A stretch of 64,000 bases of DNA from a virus (IMGVR_UViG_3300035659_000001); one strand, 5' to 3'; positions 1 through 9,760 are shown, counted from the first letter of the stretch. The notes: a model not told the origin generated them from the sequence alone. Numbers and translations are program-made.

Positions 1-231
1 CGAACGATTTTAGGAGATGCTATTCTTGTAACATTGCAAGAGGGAATATGAGAAAACGTAGATACCGGCTTATTGGTGTGATAAAAATAAATTGAATATA
101 TTGAAGAAGATTTTCTTTTGTAAAGAGCCAATAGACGATGTAAAATGTATTGGTTGCAAATATAGAATGGAAGAAAAGAAAAAAAACCTTTACTGATTGT
201 TTATTTTATGATATAATTTATCTATAAAATA

Positions 232-486
232 ATGGAGGGCTTAATGATAAATATAGATACTGATGATACTGATGCTGATATCATTGCTAAAATATTTTTT
301 TCTTATTACCACAATATACAAAAAAATGAATTTTTAATTCATAACACATTTAATAATGTGATAAACACTTTAGCTGGAAATGAAATACTTCAATTAAAAG
401 AAAACGTAGCAAAAATCATGTTAAATGGTAAACATGTCACAATCAAAAAAATAAATGAAAACTCAACTAAATTACATTTTAATTAA
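232..486 (+). CDS. hypothetical protein
   Basis: ORF track, 84 aa; no recognisable motif. Confidence 0.5.
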   Translation: MEGLMINIDTDDTDADIIAKIFFSYYHNIQKNEFLIHNTFNNVINTLAGNEILQLKENVAKIMLNGKHVTIKKINENSTKLHFN

Positions 487-642
487 GAAAAAAATCATCT
501 GCAAAATTTACTTAATTCTTGAGATTTCAATTCATAAAACAGCAAACAATTTCATAAAACTATTAAAATCAATAGGTTATACGGCCATTTATTGTGCCTG
601 CACACTAAAAAGTGTTGATTATACATATAGGAGGAAGATATT

Positions 643-813
643 ATGACACTTGGTGATAACTTTTCAAACATAATGAGCATGAATGAAGTACTTGATTTAA
701 TCGCTAGTGAGCGCAATCAGATTCATTCAAACATGTCATTTGAAAATGAAATTGAAATGAATATTTTGATGAATCTTTATGAAACCAATTCAATTGAGCC
801 GAAGGATTTATGA
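643..813 (+). CDS. small acidic hypothetical protein (56 aa, not in ORF track)
   Basis: GGAGGA RBS before ATG 643; MTLGDNFSNIMSMNEVL...EPKDL*; stop overlaps the next ATG (ATGA). Confidence 0.55.
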   Translation: MTLGDNFSNIMSMNEVLDLIASERNQIHSNMSFENEIEMNILMNLYETNSIEPKDL

Positions 814-1076
814 TATCAACTATGAACTATATCCTTGATGACGATGAAATTACAGTGGAATTCAATTACACTCCACCTTGCCCAGGCTCTCGCGGTGATT
901 ACGGCCTGCAAATGGAACCAGATGATCCAGCAGATGTTGAATTAATTGAAATCAAAAATGCTAAAGGTAACATAATCGATATTGATTCGCTCGATAAAAA
1001 AGTCATTTCAATAATTGAAGAAGCTTGTTTTAATTATCTTGCAATCAATGACCAAAACGACAAGGATTACGATTAA
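810..1076 (+). CDS. hypothetical acidic phage protein
   Basis: ORF track; coupled to the upstream ORF. Confidence 0.6.
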   Translation: MISTMNYILDDDEITVEFNYTPPCPGSRGDYGLQMEPDDPADVELIEIKNAKGNIIDIDSLDKKVISIIEEACFNYLAINDQNDKDYD

Positions 1077-1133
1077 GATTAATACAGAAGGAATCCCTTC
1101 ATATTTTTAACATAACTTTTTTTGGAGGTTTTT

Positions 1134-2492
1134 ATGAAACATCTTTTCTTATTCGTGCTTTTATGCACAAGTCTTGTGTACCCAATCAACATTTCTATCA
1201 ATGTCCATTACGACTACTTAGACCGTCCTATTTGCATGACTACTAAGTTCGTTGTAAACGATAAGGACACTACTAACATTAACAATTATATTAATAACCC
1301 ATTTACAGTTTATGACTCGATAATAACTTTCAAACTAACTGTTCCAGCTCCCTGGTCTGGCAATATCAAAATAATCAGGAAAAAATTTACTTTCACTAAC
1401 ACAACATTTAATATTACTAATGCTACTACAGATACTAACATCGAAACATACGCTAAAATCAAACTTGTCACGATCATTGGCAAAACAATTGCTGCTAACG
1501 GTGACCCGTTGTCTATCAAAATTATAATACCACCGGCACATATTGTATATAGCAAAAATGGAACTTATATAGCATCATTGACTCAAGGCATGGGCTGTTT
1601 TTTCTATATCTATAGACAGCCTAATCCCGAAACAACAATTGCATTTGGTGAAATCAAATCAACAGATTTCAATCATTCAAGATTACTAGAAGTTGATTCG
1701 ATCATTGTCATTCAAGCTGACTTCTTAACTAAAAAAACTTATGCATTAACAGACACAATATTAGGTCCTGACTACATAGCACCTCTAGAAAAATTAACAG
1801 GCAAAATTCTATCAGGTAATGAACCCGTCAGCGATGTCATAATAAAACTTGTCGGCAACACTAACTTATATGACACAACAAACTCACTTGGTGAATTTTC
1901 TTTCATGACTTCACCTCAATTCAACGGCTACATCATTCCATTCAAATCAAATTGCACTTTCACACCTTCTAATATTCAAGTCACTAACGTAAACACTCCC
2001 TTACTCTTCAAACTCAATTCAGGAATTCCTGAATTCACTTGCAAAACTTCTGACACTATCATAGAATCAAATACTATCGGCTACATATTCAACATCAACT
2101 ATAACAACCCGACTTCTCTTAAAGACACTATCAGTGTTCTAAAACTTCCATCTTGGCTCACTTTCACTAACAACAAACTCATCGGCATTAACCAGGCTAC
2201 TTCTAAATACGACACCATCAAACTTGCTCTCAAAATCAATAACATAAACGTTGATACTTTAACTCTAACCCTATACATGCCCAACATAGTATCAATAATT
2301 ATTCCAATAATAACTCTTACTAAATATCATATCATATCACAGATTGCTTTATACGATCTCAAGGGCCGTCTAATAACCATCTGCAATCCTAAAGACTTAA
2401 ACAAAATAATGTCATCAAAATCCAAAATGATCGTCATCACTAAAGCCTTCACTAAATCATTCTCTCTCATCAACAAATCAATCTCTAAATAA
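1134..2492 (+). CDS. secreted beta-rich protein with carboxypeptidase-regulatory/Ig-like domains and a T9SS-CTD-like C-terminus
   Basis: GGAGG RBS; signal-peptide-like MKHLFLFVLLCTSLVYP; TGKILSGNEPVSDVIIKL..DTTNSLGEFSF; LPSWLTF; C-terminal IALYDLKGRLI. Confidence 0.6.
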   Translation: MKHLFLFVLLCTSLVYPINISINVHYDYLDRPICMTTKFVVNDKDTTNINNYINNPFTVYDSIITFKLTVPAPWSGNIKIIRKKFTFTNTTFNITNATTDTNIETYAKIKLVTIIGKTIAANGDPLSIKIIIPPAHIVYSKNGTYIASLTQGMGCFFYIYRQPNPETTIAFGEIKSTDFNHSRLLEVDSIIVIQADFLTKKTYALTDTILGPDYIAPLEKLTGKILSGNEPVSDVIIKLVGNTNLYDTTNSLGEFSFMTSPQFNGYIIPFKSNCTFTPSNIQVTNVNTPLLFKLNSGIPEFTCKTSDTIIESNTIGYIFNINYNNPTSLKDTISVLKLPSWLTFTNNKLIGINQATSKYDTIKLALKINNINVDTLTLTLYMPNIVSIIIPIITLTKYHIISQIALYDLKGRLITICNPKDLNKIMSSKSKMIVITKAFTKSFSLINKSISK

Positions 2493-2499
2493 TAACTCA

Positions 2500-2524
2500 A
2501 GTTGGCGTAGAAAATACGCCAACT
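2500..2524 (+). terminator. hairpin after the secreted-protein gene
   Basis: AGTTGGCGTA-GAAAA-TACGCCAACT, perfect 10-bp stem; no U-tract. Confidence 0.5.
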
Positions 2525-2588
2525 CTAAACAAAAGGAAAACAGCCACTTTTGGTCTATAATGTGATTATATTTTTAAAGGAAAAATCT

Positions 2589-2879
2589 ATGAAACGTGAA
2601 GTAGAAACTGACAACACCAGAATCATGAAAAAGAAACTAAAAGCTTTAACTGCCGTCAAAAAAGTCAAAGCAAAAAAAGAATTAGGCGATCCATCAACAA
2701 TCAGTTTTCACAAACAATCAAAAATCACTGAAGATTTTGAAACTTGGTTCTTAATAAACAAATCATCACTATCATCTGACTATATTGAATATGTTTATGA
2801 AACAAAACGCTCTAACAATCCCGTCCTTTTCTTAAAAGCTTGGGCAAAAACTATTTATGAAACTAATAGGAGTCTATAA
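2589..2879 (+). CDS. hypothetical protein
   Basis: ORF track 2550-2879; AAGGA RBS favours ATG 2589. Confidence 0.55.
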   Translation: MKREVETDNTRIMKKKLKALTAVKKVKAKKELGDPSTISFHKQSKITEDFETWFLINKSSLSSDYIEYVYETKRSNNPVLFLKAWAKTIYETNRSL

Positions 2880-3307
2880 TGCGTTATAAATTAACAGATA
2901 AAGTATACCTCTTTGTTTATGGCACGCTATTAAATTCCCAATCTAACTTCTATAGACTAGGTCAAAACGCTAAACTAATCTGCACCGGTTCTATAAGAGC
3001 AAAAATGTTCACAACAGGCTCTTTCCCTTATATCATGTTCTCAAACTCTTCTAAAAACATAGTTCATGGTGAATTATATCAATTACCCTACAACGTAATC
3101 ATTAATAACATCGATCGTCTTGAAGGCTACAAAATCAACTCGCTATCGTCACTATACTTCAGAAAAAAAACTATTGTCAATTCAAATCTTAACGTAAAAT
3201 TTAATGCATTCGTCTACATTGCCAGCTCTTTCTTACACAAAACAACACATGGCAATCCCATTCCCTCAGGCAACTGGAAACTACCGCAAGAAATACTCGC
3301 AATATAG
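2879..3307 (+). CDS. gamma-glutamylcyclotransferase (AIG2-like) family protein
   Basis: LFVYGTL, VHGELY, IDRLEG and AFVY motifs. Confidence 0.85.
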   Translation: MRYKLTDKVYLFVYGTLLNSQSNFYRLGQNAKLICTGSIRAKMFTTGSFPYIMFSNSSKNIVHGELYQLPYNVIINNIDRLEGYKINSLSSLYFRKKTIVNSNLNVKFNAFVYIASSFLHKTTHGNPIPSGNWKLPQEILAI

Positions 3308-3475
3308 ATTTGAACGCAAGTTGATAAAAAGAATTCAACAAATATCGAATGTGTTCCAGAAACTGTCACTCGCTCCAAAAATGGCCGTTTACCATTTGTA
3401 CACTACTCTATCTCGCGTCCAATGCTGCTTACTATAGCGCGCTAAACGGCGCATTCTACTACACATAACTCGCTA

Positions 3476-4010
3476 TCGTCTTGTTTTCTGATAGGCGAGC
3501 ATTTTTGCGATTTAAAAACTACTCTCTATGTGGCTTTTTTCATTACTTTTTTTCAATTAATGCACACTCACTGTTATCATTTACAAATAATACTGACTGT
3601 AAAGGGTCTTGTTTTTTTGTTACTTACTTTTTAAATCGTAAACACTGTCATTTTCTTCTCGCAAATCTATTTACATAATGACAATAATACTTACGACGCT
3701 TTAACAGTACTTTCTATCACAACATAATTTCAATATAGCGTTACTAGCTACGTTTACAAATGATAAATGCTACAGAGTTCATTCTTTTTACAGTGTCTAT
3801 TTTCGTCTGGTTTCTAGATAGGCGAGCATTTTTGCGATTAAAAAACTGTTCTTATACGACTTTTATCACTACTTTTTTTCTATTAACCACACTCACTATA
3901 CTCATTTACAAATAGCACTAACTGCGAAATCTTCTACTTGCGGCCACTTACTTTTTAAATCGTAAGCGATGTCTTCATCATTTTACAAAGCTATTTACAA
4001 GATGGCAATA
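3476..4010. repeat. degenerate ~210-bp direct duplication (copies at ~3476-3686 and ~3803-4010)
   Basis: Shared blocks GATAGGCGAGCATTTTTGCGATT, CACACTCACT, CATTTACAAATA, ACTTACTTTTTAAATCGTAA, CTATTTACA in the same order. Confidence 0.85.
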
Positions 4011-4243
4011 GTTCTATTCTTACGCCACTATGACAATCTATTTACAATATAGCAATCGCTACTGTTGCAGGCTACATCATTTACAATAGGCAATCGATAG
4101 CGTTGCCGACTGCTCTATTTTACTAATTTACAACATGGCAATAGATTCGTCTGCACACATTACGTTTACAACAGGAAATCTCTTTACTTCAATTTACAAT
4201 AGGCAATGCGACATCAAAGCTGGCTTCATTTACAAAGGGCAAT
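3994..4243. repeat. array of 7 iteron-like motifs TTTACAA-N2-3-(G/A)G(C/A)AAT
   Basis: Motif starts at 3994, 4041, 4080, 4127, 4165, 4193, 4229. Confidence 0.75.
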
Positions 4244-4350
4244 CATCTTTTATAGACTTCTAATAAAGTAGCGAGGTCGTGCAGAATTTGCAAATTATTG
4301 ACGCGTGTGTAGCGGGTATAGGGGTGTGGGCCTAGTTAACGTCGTTGTGA

Positions 4351-4429
4351 GGTCTTCGCTTCGAGTGCACGCAAGGTAGGTTATAGGGTTATTTATAATA
4401 AGGGTCTTCGCTTCGAGTGCACGCAAGGT
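4351..4429. repeat. perfect 27-bp direct repeat x2
   Basis: GGTCTTCGCTTCGAGTGCACGCAAGGT at 4351-4377 and 4403-4429; degenerate copies near 4493 and 4567. Confidence 0.9.
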
Positions 4430-4761
4430 GTGTATTCAGGTTATAAATTAAAGAAGTGGTGAATCTTTTCTGTTTTTAAATAAGTATAGAAAGGTTTTCG
4501 CTTACAAGTACGTGTGGTAAGTAATTGGAGTATAATTTATTGAAGTAGTAATTGGGTAGAAGGGATGGCCTTTTACGAGCACGCGCAGAGGTAATGATTG
4601 AGATGAGATATATAGATTGGGTATATAGATGTTTTATAAAATAGTGATATAGTATAGAGATAATTAGAATAGGGTTAATAAAATATAAGGAGAGAGAGAA
4701 TAAAGCGTATGTTCATGGTCGTGCAGCTCAATATTGGAGAAACGTTATTGATGAGAAGGGT

Positions 4762-5190
4762 TTGAAGTCTCAGTTAGAGCAAAAGAAGCAATCTTTGACG
4801 CCTAAAGAGATGAAGGGTATGAGAGTTCAGCAAGCTATAGATAGTCGTGATATAGTTGAGATAGAGGGTAAGAAGAGAGTGAAGACGTCGTTGCCTGTTG
4901 TGAATAGAGCTGATGAGATATGGAGTGGGTTAGATGAGGGTAAGAAGAAGCGGTTGTTGAATGTGTTTAGGTCGATAAAGGGTGAGAAGGAGAGAGAGGC
5001 GTTGGTGAAGAGTTCAATAGGTGATGTGTATAGAGCGGTTGATAATCGAGATATTGAGATTGATGATATGCCGGGATTGAGTGGGTTAGCAGTAGATGCA
5101 GGTGATATAAGGGATTTTAGTAAGATGTTAGGGAGGTATGGGAAAAGGGGAGATTATGGGAAGTGGCCGTTGAAGGGAAATGAGAGTTAG
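4762..5190 (+). CDS. hypothetical protein (frame open upstream to 4648)
   Basis: ORF track; start uncertain. Confidence 0.5.
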   Translation: MKSQLEQKKQSLTPKEMKGMRVQQAIDSRDIVEIEGKKRVKTSLPVVNRADEIWSGLDEGKKKRLLNVFRSIKGEKEREALVKSSIGDVYRAVDNRDIEIDDMPGLSGLAVDAGDIRDFSKMLGRYGKRGDYGKWPLKGNES

Positions 5191-5256
5191 AGAGGAGAGG
5201 AGAGGATCCGTTTGGTGAGTATAAATAGGAGTAGTTGATATATAGTAGTGAAAGGT

Positions 5257-5287
5257 AGGGAGCTTTATAGGAAGTTCCCTTTTTTTG
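5257..5287 (+). terminator. rho-independent terminator
   Basis: AGGGAGCTT-TATAGG-AAGTTCCCT followed by a T-run. Confidence 0.7.
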
Positions 5288-5485
5288 ATTTCGTCGTCAA
5301 GAGAGATTAGAGTTTTCGTGTGGTTTTTTTAAGTTGTGTTTGTTGAGTATTTTGAGGCAGTTGCCGCAAGTGATTTTGTTAGTGTTGTTAGTAGTGACTC
5401 TGTGGTTGAAGCCGCAGATAGATTTGGTTGAGTTGAGTCGTTTGCCGTGGATGACCCATTGGTATTTTGGCATGTTATTTATTCC

Positions 5486-5692
5486 TTATATGAAGAGGTG
5501 CCATAATCCGTTGCAGTTGTAATTTTTTTGTTTATTGCAGGTGAAAGTTTCGCCGATGATAGGGTCTTTGGTAAGTGATGATGATTGGATAATTGCGTCA
5601 ACGCGTAGTGTATAGCGCTCCCATTCATTGTCGCTTGTGTTTTCGAGGATTGTGACTTGCATGATGCAGCCGTCTTCATGATATGTTGGCAT
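5486..5692 (-). CDS. hypothetical protein
   Basis: ORF track; same strand as neighbours. Confidence 0.5.
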   Translation of the reverse strand: MPTYHEDGCIMQVTILENTSDNEWERYTLRVDAIIQSSSLTKDPIIGETFTCNKQKNYNCNGLWHLFI

Positions 5693-5755
5693 ATTATTGA
5701 TTTTCTTTTGGGTTTGTTATTAAAGTTTGATTTTTTGTTATAAAAAATATTGTTT

Positions 5756-6325
5756 TCATACATTTTTAAAGTTAGAATAAAGTGTTCTTTGCATTATGCT
5801 ATCCATCGTTTTTATTGCGTCTATAAGGTGCATCATACTTTTATCAGGAAATTCTTTTTGGAACTTTTCGAATATAGATCCTAAGATAGACATGTTTAAA
5901 AGTTTGTTTTTTGCTTCAGTTTTGCTGTTTGCAGAAGCAACTGCTATTTTTATTTGAGCATAGTTTTCAGCAACCCAGTCAAGTAGTTTTTTTAATTCAG
6001 TATATGTGTGTTCATCTAGCATATAGTATTCACGGTCATTTTGTTTTTCTATGAGTTCAAATGCTATTTTGAGTTGATCAATTCTGCTATTTATAATCAT
6101 GATTTTGTTATCTTTGACAACATATATGTTGTTATTCCAGAGGCAGCAGCAATTGCCTCTATTGGGATATTTTATTTCAAAGTTTTCAATAGTTTGTCGT
6201 ATTTCAGAGAGATTTTTTTCGTGTTCTTTACGTTTGATTGCTTTTTCAGCTTCTTGTTTTTTACGTTTTTCTTCAAATGGTTTTGAAACTTTTTTCATTA
6301 GTTTTTTGATTTGTTTATCATTCAT
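5756..6325 (-). CDS. hypothetical protein
   Basis: ORF track, 189 aa. Confidence 0.65.
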   Translation of the reverse strand: MNDKQIKKLMKKVSKPFEEKRKKQEAEKAIKRKEHEKNLSEIRQTIENFEIKYPNRGNCCCLWNNNIYVVKDNKIMIINSRIDQLKIAFELIEKQNDREYYMLDEHTYTELKKLLDWVAENYAQIKIAVASANSKTEAKNKLLNMSILGSIFEKFQKEFPDKSMMHLIDAIKTMDSIMQRTLYSNFKNV

Positions 6326-6909
6326 AGTTGAATGTCGTCTCCTGGCTTTCTGTTTTTAACAGCTTTGATTATTTTTGTTATGAAGTCAATATTATTGTCA
6401 TATACATAAACATTTGTGTGAACAAAGTCAATATTCCAGAGTTGTTTTGGCATGATCACTATACCTCTCGGTCTGTGTTTGAGCCATTCAGTAATATAGG
6501 GCGGGTAGTCATCAAATAGTAGTTTGCCATAGATGAGTCCTTTATTACGAGTGATAGTGATATCAAGTTCTGGAACATTTTTTTTGCACCATCTTACTTT
6601 GTGAGACCAGGAGATGGGATTGTCTTTTGGGCCTTGTGAGAGGATAGTCATATAGAATCCGATGTTTTTTAGTATTTCGATTATTTTGAAACCTGATTCT
6701 ATTTTTGGTAGGTTTTCCCACCAATCACCTTGTGCTCTTATTAGATCCATTCTATTAACAATATGTTTTGGATGTTTTTTATGCAAACCTGTTTTGTAAA
6801 TTTCTTCTTCAGGCGCTCTTAATAATTCAAGAGAATGTTCCATTGCTTGATCAAAGTCTGCAATAGTGCCATCCATGTCAATAAGTGCTACGTTAGAGAG
6901 GTCTTTCAT
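6322..6909 (-). CDS. 5'(3')-deoxyribonucleotidase, HAD/NT5C family
   Basis: IDMDGTIADF motif I, W..LP, K..W, LFDD motif IV, WN; probable start MKDLS. Confidence 0.85.
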   Translation of the reverse strand: MKDLSNVALIDMDGTIADFDQAMEHSLELLRAPEEEIYKTGLHKKHPKHIVNRMDLIRAQGDWWENLPKIESGFKIIEILKNIGFYMTILSQGPKDNPISWSHKVRWCKKNVPELDITITRNKGLIYGKLLFDDYPPYITEWLKHRPRGIVIMPKQLWNIDFVHTNVYVYDNNIDFITKIIKAVKNRKPGDDIQL

Positions 6910-7418
6910 TCTATGCCGTCCATTTCTGGTTGATTTAGCTCTGACCATGATTTCCAAGTTGGTTCAGTATTTTCAGTTGTGTAGACTTCTTTTCTTGGTA
7001 TAATTGGTTGCCAGAATTGACCACAAAATAATCTATAGTGCCAGACGTCTAGTTGTTTTCCTGTGTCTGAGAATGGTGGTTCGCACCAAAGCATGTTTTT
7101 ATATGATGAGAAGAATAGTTCAATCCATTCTTGAGTAAGTTTAGAGTCTTTTGGTTTTGATTCGCGACTAATGGGATCGTGGAATGAAAGTGATAAATGC
7201 CAGCAACGCTCATAGTCAGGATTTTTCCACCAACCGCAGGAATGCATTCCTTGATCTCTTGTGAACATGAGAGTTGTTCCAGAAGATAAGTGAAAGCCTT
7301 GACATGATGTAGCATAAGTGTAAGTGCGTGGAGTGCCGTCATAAAAACCTGTAGAGGACTGTTTTTTTAGATAGTCGATGACTGATGATTTGAGCCAAGT
7401 ATTGTCAAACATTTTCAT
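6906..7418 (-). CDS. hypothetical protein (Trp/His-rich, WHLSLS motif)
   Basis: ORF track, 170 aa. Confidence 0.65.
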   Translation of the reverse strand: MKMFDNTWLKSSVIDYLKKQSSTGFYDGTPRTYTYATSCQGFHLSSGTTLMFTRDQGMHSCGWWKNPDYERCWHLSLSFHDPISRESKPKDSKLTQEWIELFFSSYKNMLWCEPPFSDTGKQLDVWHYRLFCGQFWQPIIPRKEVYTTENTEPTWKSWSELNQPEMDGIE

Positions 7419-7590
7419 GTTTAGTTTCCGATTGATTAGCTATAAAATCGAATTTTGGTTTTATTGTTTTTAAATAGTTACAGACTGGACATGTTTGTTT
7501 GTTTTTTAAAGTTGTAAAATGAGCGCGACAAGACATGGAAACGGAAACAGTATTGTCGTAATCAAGAGTGAATTTTATTTGGTCATTCAT
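7405..7590 (-). CDS. small zinc-finger-like protein
   Basis: CxxH...CPVC. Confidence 0.45.
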   Translation of the reverse strand: MNDQIKFTLDYDNTVSVSMSCRAHFTTLKNKQTCPVCNYLKTIKPKFDFIANQSETKHENV

Positions 7591-7593
7591 TTG

Positions 7594-7914
7594 TTATTCC
7601 GATTGTAATAAAGAGAGAGCATCTTTTTTATTTGATATCCAGAGATCGAGGAATGCATATAGATCATCATCTTTTGGATAAGCTTTGAGAACCTTATCAA
7701 TAAGTGATGAATCGTTTTCATCGATTGTGACTGCAAGTATAGCAGCTATTTTTGAAAAGGGCATACCGGATAAAATTTCATTTGGATTTGGGCCTGATGC
7801 TGTAAGTAATAAAGGTGAGCCTTTTGAACTTAGCATGGTATTTTCTAGAACAGTGTCTATGTTTTTTTCTGCTAATACAAAGTACGAATAAGAAGCGTCC
7901 AATAGAACTTTCAT
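7594..7914 (-). CDS. hypothetical protein
   Basis: ORF track. Confidence 0.5.
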   Translation of the reverse strand: MKVLLDASYSYFVLAEKNIDTVLENTMLSSKGSPLLLTASGPNPNEILSGMPFSKIAAILAVTIDENDSSLIDKVLKAYPKDDDLYAFLDLWISNKKDALSLLQSE

Positions 7915-8263
7915 TTCGTTTTCAGAACCTGTGAATGTTGTTTCATCAATGCAATTTAGGACTAAGTGTTTTGTTAGCGTCTATTAATTGACCACCAAAA
8001 GCAAGTTCATATCTACACAATGATTGAAGAGCAGAACCAACTGATGTTTGGCGTTCATTTAGATCAAATGATTCAGTTCCTCGTGTTCTTGTAGATTTTA
8101 TAGTTATCATTTTAGCTTTCTTGAGGTTGTGCAGTTTCTTCTTCAGATAATATAGTGTTTACCATTTCAGGAAAAAGAAAAGGAACTGAAGCTGTTTGAC
8201 AATATTGATCTTTAAATAAAATGATTGTTGTAATGGTCCATGGTTTGTTCTTTTTTATTATCC

Positions 8264-8503
8264 TTAGTCATCTTTAACTCTGAAATTAAAGTCTCCATAA
8301 GACTCTTCATTTGGATGTCCTATTCTAGCAACCATTTTACCGTTAAGGTGTTCGTGTTCGATTAATTTGTTGACATAAGTTGATAAATATTTCAAGTGTC
8401 TTTGAGTTCTGACAAGTTCTATTTGTAATGATTCTATACGTTGTTGATCGTTCATTTCAGACCATTTTTTATCTCGCACAGCTTTTGTTGTTCCGTCAGA
8501 CAT
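8264..8503 (-). CDS. hypothetical protein
   Basis: ORF track; GGAGGA RBS on the minus strand. Confidence 0.6.
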   Translation of the reverse strand: MSDGTTKAVRDKKWSEMNDQQRIESLQIELVRTQRHLKYLSTYVNKLIEHEHLNGKMVARIGHPNEESYGDFNFRVKDD

Positions 8504-8514
8504 TTTTCCTCCAG

Positions 8515-9036
8515 TTATTTAGCATCCAGAAAGTCGTAATCAAAAAGAGTTTTTTGACCTGTTTTTGTATCAACATGATAAATTTCGCGGTAGAAAATAG
8601 TTACTGTTGAATCTTTTTTCATACGTTGCCATAATGATTTGTGCTTTGCTTTTGTGCCTTCTATTACAAATTTAGTTCCATGTTCACATTCAAACATTAC
8701 GCCGTATTTTGCAGGTATTTCATTAATAGCATCATTATAGTATACTTGAGGCCCTGAATTGCGTTGACGCTTTCCATAGTTATTACCACTATAAGAAGTA
8801 TAATAATTATCATCATCATCGTCATAATAATTATCATCGTCATAATTATTATAAAGATTATTATTGTTGTTTGTGACTGTAACAGATCGTGTATGAGTAA
8901 CTTGAGCAGCCGTATAAAAGCAATCAGCTACTCTACCTTTTTCTGATAAAGTGCCTGAATATTCAGTTTTATAGCATCCAGTAAAGATTGCAATAGTGAT
9001 TAGAACTGTTAGAAATTTGTTCATATTTTCCTCCAA
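8515..9036 (-). CDS. putative lipoprotein with N/D/Y low-complexity insert
   Basis: MNKFLTVLITIAIFTGC lipobox-like N-terminus. Confidence 0.6.
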   Translation of the reverse strand: MEENMNKFLTVLITIAIFTGCYKTEYSGTLSEKGRVADCFYTAAQVTHTRSVTVTNNNNNLYNNYDDDNYYDDDDDNYYTSYSGNNYGKRQRNSGPQVYYNDAINEIPAKYGVMFECEHGTKFVIEGTKAKHKSLWQRMKKDSTVTIFYREIYHVDTKTGQKTLFDYDFLDAK

Positions 9037-9066
9037 TTTAAATTTATAAAATAATCAATTATGATG

Positions 9067-9408
9067 TCATAGTTCTTTAATTTCTATATTTAAATGTTTT
9101 TGAAGCCATTCAGCGACTAAATGTCGATGACAAAATTTGTCTGATGCTTCCCAACACAGTATGACCGCATTTTCTCCTAACTCTTGAGCAATTTCTAAAG
9201 GGTCTAATAAATCGAGAACTTCTTTATAATATTGTTTAGTATAGAATTGTATGTCGTTATCTTCTTTGAATTTTTTGAAAAACCAATATTTTGGTGCTAA
9301 TTTTTTGTATTGTCGGCCCTTGTACCATACGGGTGCTTTGCCTGCAATAGAAACTGCATTGGGATTATTTGCAGATTTAGCAAAGTATGAGGTTTGAATA
9401 TTTGTCAT
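9067..9408 (-). CDS. DUF488-like protein
   Basis: TSYFA, KLAP, ILCWE..D.FCHRHLVAEWL; probable start MTNIQ. Confidence 0.75.
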   Translation of the reverse strand: MTNIQTSYFAKSANNPNAVSIAGKAPVWYKGRQYKKLAPKYWFFKKFKEDNDIQFYTKQYYKEVLDLLDPLEIAQELGENAVILCWEASDKFCHRHLVAEWLQKHLNIEIKEL

Positions 9409-9490
9409 TATGATTTCTGGTCGTTTTCTCTTGGTAATCCAGAGCATATATTGAATTTTTTACCATCAAGTTCGCATTCATAATTATTTG

Positions 9491-9736
9491 TTAATGGATT
9501 TCAGCATGGTCATTACTACTTAAAGTTTCAGGCCACATATTTTCTGGAGTTTTAATTTCTAATTTTTTAAATGAGTCAGCTATTATTGATGTAACATGTC
9601 GTTTAAATGCAATTTGACATTTTCTGGTATTGAAAATGAAATCAAAAAACGATATTTTTAATTCTCTATAAAACGATCTTCTATATACAATATAGTACGC
9701 TAGTAATGACATCAAAAATGCAAGTAAAAAAAACAT
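9491..9736 (-). CDS. hypothetical membrane protein
   Basis: Hydrophobic N-terminus. Confidence 0.45.
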   Translation of the reverse strand: MFFLLAFLMSLLAYYIVYRRSFYRELKISFFDFIFNTRKCQIAFKRHVTSIIADSFKKLEIKTPENMWPETLSSNDHAEIH

Positions 9737-9760
9737 AACAGTACAAGCATAAAAGCTGTG

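Larger units (their letters stand above)
3310..4640. other. candidate replication origin (non-coding, GC-skew inversion at ~4270)
   Basis: C-rich/G-poor to the left and G-rich/C-poor to the right, regardless of gene strand; repeats on both sides; palindrome AATTTGCAAATT at 4285-4296. Confidence 0.55.

Noticed and set aside
1134-1160. Seventh member of the MKHLA-leader family
   Set aside because: Only MKHL matches; the rest is a hydrophobic signal peptide.
1310-2287. Antisense and nested ORFs inside long genes (here and throughout)
   Set aside because: Shadow frames without RBS or motifs.
3994-4429. CRISPR array
   Set aside because: Left motifs are ~15 bp, degenerate and irregularly spaced; the 27-bp repeat has only two exact copies, no CRISPR-like ends, and no cas genes are nearby.
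8790-8875. Microsatellite-like TCA/TTA repeats
   Set aside because: Explained by the Asn/Asp/Tyr-rich stretch of the lipoprotein.
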